A stretch of DNA of 64,000 nucleotides, from assembly GCF_009914755.1 (NCBI RefSeq), contig NC_060941.1; one strand, 5' to 3'. A program made the translations under genes and the position numbers. Source of the stretch: the human T2T-CHM13v2.0 reference genome, Homo sapiens. This document shows, piece by piece, positions 56,401 to 64,000 of the stretch. The stretch's first letter is position 1. Each line of letters starts with the position of its first letter. Below the pieces are notes generated by a model. The model made no database searches. It had not been told where the DNA came from and worked only from the letters and a program-made list of their open reading frames with translations.

Positions 56401-58615
56401 GCTTTGTGGTTTGTGGTGGAAAAGGAAATATCTTCACCTAAATACTAGATAGAAGCATTCTCAGAAACTGCTTTGTGATGATTGCATTCACCTCACAGAG
56501 TTGAACATTCCTATTGATAGAGCAGTTTGGAAACACTCTTGTTGTGGAATGTGCAAGTGGAGACTTGGAGCGTTTTGAGGCCTATGGTAGTAAAGGGAAT
56601 AGCTTCATAGAAAAACTAGACAGAAGCATTCTCAGAAAATACTTTGTGATGATTGAGTTTAACTCACAGAGCTGAACATTCCTTTGGATGGAGCAGGTTT
56701 GAGACACACTTTTTGTAGAAACTACAAGTGGATATTTGGACCTCTCTGAGGATTTCGTTGGAAACGCGATAACTGCACCTAATTAAACGGAAGCATTCTC
56801 AGAAACTTCTTGGTGATGTTTGCATTCAAATCCCAGAGTTGAACCTTCCTTTGATAGTTCAGGTTTGAAACACTCTTTTTGTAGGATCTGCAAGTGGATA
56901 TTTGGACCACTCTGTGGCCTTCGTTCGAAACGGGTACATCTTCGCATAAAATCTAGACAGAAGCCTTCTCAGAAACTTCTCTGTGATGATTGCATTCAAC
57001 TCACAGAGTTGAACCCTCCTATGGATAGAGCATTGTTGAAACTCTCTTTTTGTGGAATCTGCAAGTGGATATGTGGACCTCTCCGAAGATGTCTTTGGAA
57101 ACGGGAATATCTTCACATAAAAACTAAACAGAAGCATTCTCAGAAACTTCTCTGTGATGTTTGGTTTCAACTCCCAGAGTTTCACATTGCTTTTCATAGA
57201 GTAGTTCTGAAACATGCTTTTCGTAGTGTCTGCAAGTGGACATTTGGAGCGCTTTCAGGCCTGTGGTGGAAAACGAATTATGGTCCCATAAAAACTGGAG
57301 AGAAGCATTGTCAGAAACTTCTTTGTGATGATTGCATTCAACTCACAGAGATGAAGGTTCCTTTACAAACAGCAGTTTCCAAACACTCTTTCTGTGGAAT
57401 CTGCAAGTGGATATTTGGACCTCTTTGAAGATTTCGTTGGAAACGGGAGAATCTTCACAGAAAAGCTAAACAGAAGCATTCTCAGAAACTTCTTTGTGAT
57501 GCTTGCATTCAACTCACAGAGTTGAACTTTCCTTTCGAGAGAGAAGCTTTGAAACACTCTTTTTCCAGAATCTGCAAGTGGACATTTGGAGGGCTTTGAG
57601 GCCTGTGGTGGAAAAGGAATTAACTTCCCGTAAAAGCTAGATAGAAGCATTCTCAGAAACTACTTTGTGATGATTGCATTCAAGTCACAGAGTTGAACAT
57701 TCCCTTTGACAGAGCAGTTTGGAAACTCTCTTTGTGTAGAATCTGCAAGTGGAGATATGGACCGCTTTGAGGCCTATGGTAGTAAAGGAAATAGCTTCAT
57801 ATAAAAGCTAGACAGTAGCATTCACAGAAAACTCTTGGTGACGACTGAGTTTAACTCACAGAGCTGAACATTCCTTTGGATGGAGCAGTTTCGAAACACA
57901 CTATTTGTAGAATGTGCAAGTGGATATTTGGGCCTCTCTGAGGATTTCGTTGGAAACGGGATAAACCGCACAGAACTAAACAGAAGCATTCTCAGAACCT
58001 TCTTCGTGATGTTTGCATTCAACTCACAGTGTTGAACCTTTCTTTGATAGTTCAGGTTTGAAACGGTCTTTCTGTAGAAACTGCAAGTAGATATTTGGAC
58101 CTCTCTGAGGATTTCGTTGGAAACGGGATAACCCGCACAGAACTAAAACAGAAGCATTCTCAGAACCCTCTTCGTGATGTTTGCATTCAACACACAGTGC
58201 TGAACCTTTCTTTGATAGTTCAGCTTTGAAACACTCTTCTTGTAGAAACTGCAAGTGGATATTTGGTCCTCTCTGAGGATTTCGTTGGAAACGGGATAAA
58301 CCGCACAGAACTAAACAGAAGCATTCTCAGAACCTTCTTCGTGATGTCTGCATTCAACTCACAGTGTGGAACCTTTCTTTGATAGTTCAGGTTTGAAACA
58401 CTCTTTTTGTAGAAACTGCAAGGGGATAATTGCACTTCTTTGAGGCCTACCGTAGTAAAGGAAATAACTTCCTATAGAAAGAAGACAGAAGCTTTCTCAG
58501 AAAATTCTTTGGGATGATTGAGTGGAACTCACAGAGCTGAACATTCCTTGCAATGTAGCAGTTTAGAAACACACTTTCTGCAGAATCTGCAAGTGCATAT
58601 TTGGACCTCTCCGAG
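50471..58615 (+). repeat. Three canonical 16-mer HORs
   Basis: EcoRI sites at 50471, 53186, 55901 and 58616. Confidence 0.96.
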
Positions 58616-61600
58616 GAATTCGTTGGAAACGGGATAATTTCAGCTGACTAAACAGAAGCAGTCTCAGAATCTTCTTTGTGATGTTTGCATTCAAATCCCA
58701 GAGTTGAACTTTCCTTTCAAAGTTCACGTTTGAAACACTCTTTTTGCAGGATCTACAAGTGGATATTTGGACCACTCTGTGTCCTTCGTTCGAAACGGGT
58801 ATATCTTCACATGACATCTAGACAGAAGCATTCTCAGAAGCTTCTCTGTGATGACTGCATTCAACTCACGGAGTTGAACACTCCTTTTGAGAGCGCAGTT
58901 TTGAAACTCTCTTTCTGTGGCATCTGCAAGGGGACATGTAGACCTCTTTGAAGATTTCGTTGGAAACGGAATCATCTTCACATAAAAACTATACAGATGC
59001 ATTCTCAGGAACTTTTTGGTGATGTTTGTATTCAACTCCCAGAGTTGAACTTTCCTTTGGAAAGAGCAGCTATGACACACTCTTTTTCTAGAATCTGCAA
59101 GTGGACGTTTGCAGGGCTTTGTGGTTTGTGGTGGAAAAGGAAATATCTTCACCTAAATACTAGATAGAAGCATTCTCAGAAACTACTTTGTGATGATTGC
59201 ATTCACCTCACAGAGTTCAACATTCCTATTGATAGAGCAGTTTGGAAACACTCTTGTTGTGGAATGTGCAAGTGGAGATTTGGAGCGCTTTGAGGCCTAT
59301 GGTAGTAAAGGGAATAGCTTTATAGAAAAACTAGACAGAAGCATTCTCAGAAAATACTTTGTGATGATTGAGTTTAACTCACAGAGCTGAACATTCCTTT
59401 GGATGGAGCAGGTTTGAGACACACTTTTTGTAGAATCTACAAGTGGATATTTGGACCTCTCTGAGGATTTCGTTGGAAACGCGATAACTGCACCTAACTA
59501 AACGGAAGCATTCTCAGAAACTTCTTGGTGATGTTTGCATTCAAATCCCAGAGTTGAACCTTCCTGTGATAGTTCAGGTTTGAAACACTCTTTTTGTAGG
59601 ATCTGCAAGTGGATATTTGGACCACTCTGTGGCCTTCGTTCGAAACGGGTACATCTTCACATAAAATCTAGACAGAAGCCTTCTCAGAAACTTCTCTGTG
59701 ATGATTGCATTCAACTCACAGATTTGAACCCTCCTATGGATAGAGCATTGTTGAAACTCTCTTTTTGTGGAATCTGCAAGTGGATATGTGGACCTCTCCG
59801 AAGATGTCTTTGGAAACGGGAATATCTTCACATAAAAACTAAACAGAAGCATTCTCAGAAACTTCTCTGTGATGTTTGTGTTCAACTCCCAGATTTTCAC
59901 ATTGCTTTTCATAGAGTAGTTCTGAAACATGCTTTTCGTAGTGTCTGCAAGTGGACATTTGGAGCGCTTTCAGGCCTGTGGTGGAAAACGAATTATGGTC
60001 CCATAAAAACTGGAGAGAAGCATTGTCAGAAACTTCTTTGTGACGATTGCATTCAACTCACAGAGATGAAGGTTCCTTTACAAACAGCAGTTTCCAAACA
60101 CTCTTTCTGTGGAATCTGCAAGTGGATATTTGGACCTCTTTGAAGATTTCGTTGGAAACGGGAGAATCTTCACAGAAAAGCTAAACAGAAGCATTCTCAG
60201 AAACTTCTTTGTGATGCTTGCATTCAACTCACAGAGTTGAACTTTCCTTTCGAGAGAGAAGCTTTGAAACACTCTTTTTCCAGAATCTGCAAGTGGACAT
60301 TTGGAGGGCTTTGAGGCCTGTGGTGGAAAAGGAATTATCTTCCCGTAAAAGCTAGACAGAAGCATTCTCAGAAACTACTTTGTGATGATTGCATTCAAGT
60401 CACAGAGTTGAACATTCCCTTTGACAGAGCAGTTTGGAAACTCTCTTTGTGTAGAATCTGCAAGTGGAGATATGGACCGCTTTGAGGCCTATGGTAGTAA
60501 AGGAAATAGCTTCATATAAAAGCTAGACAGTAGCATTCACAGAAAACTCATGGTGACGAATGAGTTTAACTCACAGAGCTGAACATTCCTTTGGATGGAG
60601 CAGTTTCGAAACACACTATTTGTAGAATGTGCAAGTGGATATTTGGGCCTCTCTGAGGATTTCGTTGGAAACGGGATAAACCGCACAGACCTAAACAGAA
60701 GCATTCTCAGAACCTTCTTCGTGATGTTTGCATTCAACTCACAGTGTTGAACCTTTCTTTGATAGTTCAGGTTTGAAACGGTCTTTCTGTAGAAACTGCA
60801 AGTAGATATTTGGACCTCTCTGAGGATTTCGTTGGAAACGGGATAACCCGCAAAGAACTAAAACAGAAGAATTCTCAGAACCCTCTTCGTGATGTTTGCA
60901 TTCAACTCACAGTGCTGAACCTTTCTTTGATAGTTCAGCTTTGAAACACTCTTTTTGTAGAAACTGCAAGTGGATATTTGGTCCTCTCTGAGGATTTCGT
61001 TGGAAACGGGATAAAACGCACAGAACTAAACAGAAGCATTCTCAGAACCTTCTTCGTGATGTTTGCATTCAACTCACAGTGTTGAACCTTTCTTTGATAG
61101 TTCAGGTTTGAAACGGTCTTTCTGTAGAAACTGCAAGTAGATATTTGGACCTCTCTGAGGATTTCGTTGGAAACGGGATAAACCCCACAGAACTAAAACA
61201 GAAGCATTCTCAGAACCCTCTTCGTGATGTTTGCATTCAACTCACAGTGCTGAACCTTTCTTTGATAGTTCAGCTTTGAAACACTCTTCTTGTAGAAACT
61301 GCAAGTGGATATTTGGTCCTCTCTGAGGATTTCGTTGGAAACGGGATAAACCGCACAGAACTAAACAGAAGCATTCTCAGAACCTTCTTCGTGATGTCTG
61401 CATTCAACTCACAGTGTGGAACCTTTCTTTGATAGTTCAGGTTTGAAACACTCTTTTTGTAGAAACTGCAAGGGGATAATTGCACTTCTTTGAGGCCTAC
61501 CGTAGTAAAGGAAATAACTTCCTATAGAAAGAAGACAGAAGCTTTCTCAGAAAATTCTTTGGGATGATTGAGTGGAACTCACAGAGCTGAACATTCCTTG

Positions 61601-61665
61601 CGATGTAGCAGTTTAGAAACACACTTTCTGCAGAATCTGCAAGTGCATATTTGGACCTCTCTGAG
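58616..61665 (+). repeat. 18-mer variant HOR (3050 bp) with an internal two-monomer duplication
   Basis: Canonical EcoRI sites at 58616 and 61666 are 3050 bp apart (2715+335). Short monomers start at 60702, 60870, 61037, 61205 and 61372, in the order X-Y-X-Y-Z instead of X-Y-Z. Confidence 0.96.
60660..61346 (+). promoter_or_regulatory. Five consecutive canonical CENP-B boxes in the 18-mer
   Basis: TTTCGTTGGAAACGGGA at 60660, 60827, 60995, 61162 and 61330. Confidence 0.93.
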
Positions 61666-64000
61666 GAATTCGTTGGAAACGGGATAATTTCAGCTGACTA
61701 AACAGAAGCAGTCTCAGAATCTTCTTTGTGATGTTTGCATTCAAATCCCAGAGTTGAACTTTCCTTTCAAAGTTCACGTTTGAAACACTCTTTTTGCAGG
61801 ATCTACAAGTGGATATTTGGACCACTCTGTGTCCTTCGTTCGAAACGGGTATATCTTCACATGACATCTAGACAGAAGCATTCTCAGAAGCTTCTCTGTG
61901 ATGACTGCATTCAACTCACGGAGTTGAACACTCCTTTTGAGAGCGCAGTTTTGAAACTCTCTTTCTGTGGCATCTGCAAGGGGACATGTAGACCTCTTTG
62001 AAGATTTCGTTGGAAACGGAATCATCTTCACATAAAAACTATACAGATGCATTCTCAGGAACTTTTTGGTGATGTTTGTATTCAACTCCCAGAGTTGAAC
62101 TTTCCTTTGGAAAGAGCAGCTATGAAACACTCTTTTTCTAGAATCTGCAAGTGGACGTTTGGAGGGCTTTGTGGTTTGTGGTGGAAAAGGAAATATCTTC
62201 ACCTAAATACTAGATAGAAGCATTCTCAGAAACTGCTTTGTGATGATTGCATTCACCTCACAGAGTTGAACATTCCTATTGATAGAGCAGTTTGGAAACA
62301 CTCTTGTTGTGGAATGTGCAAGTGGAGATTTGGAGCGCTTTGAGGCCTATGGTAGTAAAGGGAATAGCTTCATAGAAAAACTAGACAGAAGCATTCTCAG
62401 AAAATACTTTGTGATGATTGAGTTTAACTCACAGAGCTGAACATTCCTTTGGATGGAGCAGGTTTGAGACACACTTTTTGTAGAATCTACAAGTGGATAT
62501 TTGGACCTCTCTGAGGATTTCGTTGGAAACGCGATAACTGCACCTAAATAAACGGAAGCATTCTCAGAAACTTCTTGGTGATGTTTGCATTCAAATCCCA
62601 GAGTTGAACCTTCCTGTGATAGTTCAGGTTTGAAACACTCTTTTTGTAGGATCTGCAAGTGGATATTTGGACCACTCTGTGGCCTTCATTCGAAACGGGT
62701 ACATCTTCACATAAAATCTAGACACAAGCCTTCTCAGAAACTTCTCTGTGATGATTGCATTCAACTCACAGAGTTGAACCCTCCTATGGATAGAGCATTG
62801 TTGAAACTCTCTTTTTGTGGAATCTGCAAGTGGATATCTGGACCTCTCCGAAGATGTCTTTGGAAACGGGAATATCTTCACATAAAAACTAAACAGAAGC
62901 ATTCTCAGAAACTTCTCTGTGATGTTTGTGTTCAACTCCCAGAGTTTCACATTGCTTTTCATAGAGTAGTTCTGAAACATGCTTTTCGTAGTGTTTGCAA
63001 GTGGACATTTGGAGCGCTTTCAGGCCTGTGGTGGAAAACGAATTATGGTCCCATAAAAACTGGAGAGAAGCATTGTCAGAAACTTCTTTGTGATGATTGC
63101 ATTCAACTCACAGAGATGAAGGTTCCTTTACAAACAGCAGTTTCCAAACACTCTTTCTGTGGAATCTGCAAGTGGATATTTGGACCTCATTGAAGATTTC
63201 ATTGGAAACGGGAGAATCTTCACAGAAAAGCTAAACAGAAGCATTCTCAGAAACTTCTTTGTGATGCTTGCATTCAACTCACAGAGTTGAACTTTCCTTT
63301 CGAGAGAGAAGCTTTGAAACACTCTTTTTCCAGAATCTGCAAGTGGACATTTGGAGGGCTTTGAGGCCTGTGGTGGAAAAGGAATTAACTTCCCGTAAAA
63401 GCTAGATAGAAGCATTCTCAGAAACTACTTTGTGATGATTGCATTCAAGTCACAGAGTTGAACATTCCCTTTGACAGAGCAGTTTGGAAACTCTCTTTGT
63501 GTAGAATCTGCAAGTGGAGATATGGACCGCTTTGAGGCCTATGGTAGTAAAGGAAATAGCTTCATATAAAAGCTAGACAGTAGCATTCACAGAAAACTCT
63601 TGGTGACGACTGAGTTTAACTCACAGAGCTGAACATTCCTTTGGATGGAGCAGTTTCGAAACACACTATTTTTAGAATGTGCAAGTGGATATTTGGGCCT
63701 CTCTGAGGATTTCCTTGGAAACGGGATAAACCGCACAGAACTAAACAGAAGCATTCTCAGAACCTTCTTCGTGATGTTTGCATTCAACTCACAGTGTTGA
63801 ACCTTTCTTTGATAGTTCAGGTTTGAAACGGTCTTTCTGTAGAAACTGCAAGTAGATATTTGGACCTCTCTGAGGATTTCGTTGGAAACGGGATAAACCG
63901 CACAGAACTAAAACAGAAGCATTCTCAGAACCCTCTTCGTGATGTTTGCATTCAACTCACAGTGCTGAACCTTTCTTTGATAGTTCAGCTTTGAAACACT

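Larger units (their letters stand above)
1..64000 (+). repeat. D17Z1: Centromeric alpha-satellite HOR array, 16-mer of 2715 bp, most likely human chr17 D17Z1 (SF3)
   Basis: Seen: monomers starting (C)ATTCTCAGAA at 119, 290, 461, 632, 803, 974, 1142, 1310, 1477, 1647, 1814, 1984, 2155, 2326, 2497, 2664 and again at 2834, i.e. 16 monomers in 2715 bp. The ORF track repeats with the same period. Known: a 2.7-kb EcoRI 16-mer is the D17Z1 HOR. The motifs AATTTCAGCTGACTAAACA (1791-1809) and ATAACTGCACCTAACTAAA (5354-5372) match, from memory, chr17-specific alphoid PCR primer sites. Alpha satellite is certain; the chromosome assignment is slightly less so. Confidence 0.95.

Noticed and set aside
59190-59390. 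ORFs unique to one HOR (59190-59390 +, 62347-62658 -, 12206-12418 -)
   Set aside because: They result from point changes that remove stop codons in single repeat copies. They are useful as variant markers only.
20-63787. Recurrent 66-202 aa ORFs on both strands (e.g. 202 aa MHSNPRVEP..., 142 aa MKIFPFPPQ...)
   Set aside because: They are translations of satellite DNA. A 171-bp monomer is 57 codons, so frames stay open across monomers. Many starts are TTG/GTG, the ORFs overlap on opposite strands, and copies gain stops freely (e.g. 2690-3109). No recognisable protein family.
1-64000. CRISPR-like array of regularly spaced conserved motifs
   Set aside because: The intervening sequences are homologous monomers rather than unique spacers, the period is ~171 bp, and there are no cas genes.
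1-64000. LINE-1/Alu insertion, inversion or non-satellite island
   Set aside because: All EcoRI intervals are explained by 2715, 2546, 2714 or 3050 bp units. All CENP-B boxes are on the same strand, and there are no poly-A tails or unique sequence.
1-64000. Alternative identities: D17Z1-B/C (14-mer), DXZ1 (12-mer), D11Z1 (5-mer), or D17Z1 13-mers
   Set aside because: The period is 16 monomers in 2715 bp with the triplicated block. No 13- or 14-mer unit occurs in this window.
1-64000. Claim that this window is the active kinetochore (CENP-A/CDR) site
   Set aside because: This cannot be read from sequence. It needs methylation or CENP-A data, and chr17 centromeres can also form on D17Z1-B.

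Overview
The whole 64 kb window is one uninterrupted, single-orientation array of primate centromeric alpha-satellite DNA. Monomers are 167-171 bp and are organised as a 16-monomer, 2715-bp higher-order repeat (HOR) with one conserved EcoRI site per unit. Unit size, the ~850-bp internal pentamer and the triplicated short CENP-B-box monomers match human chromosome 17 D17Z1 (p17H8-type, suprachromosomal family 3). There are about 23.5 HOR copies, most differing by well under 1%. I see no genes, RNA genes, transposon insertions, inversions or CRISPR arrays, and every ORF in the track is an artefact of the repeat. I found no new gene-encoded system. The notable signal is the array's internal evolution: a 15-mer HOR carrying a strongly diverged patch (~10.8-12.6 kb); an 18-mer HOR with five consecutive CENP-B boxes and a new EcoRI site (~58.6-61.7 kb); a diverged HOR haplotype seen twice 37.8 kb apart; 5430-bp two-HOR super-repeats; and one CENP-B box that alternates between intact and broken. 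All variant calls were read by eye and should be confirmed by alignment.
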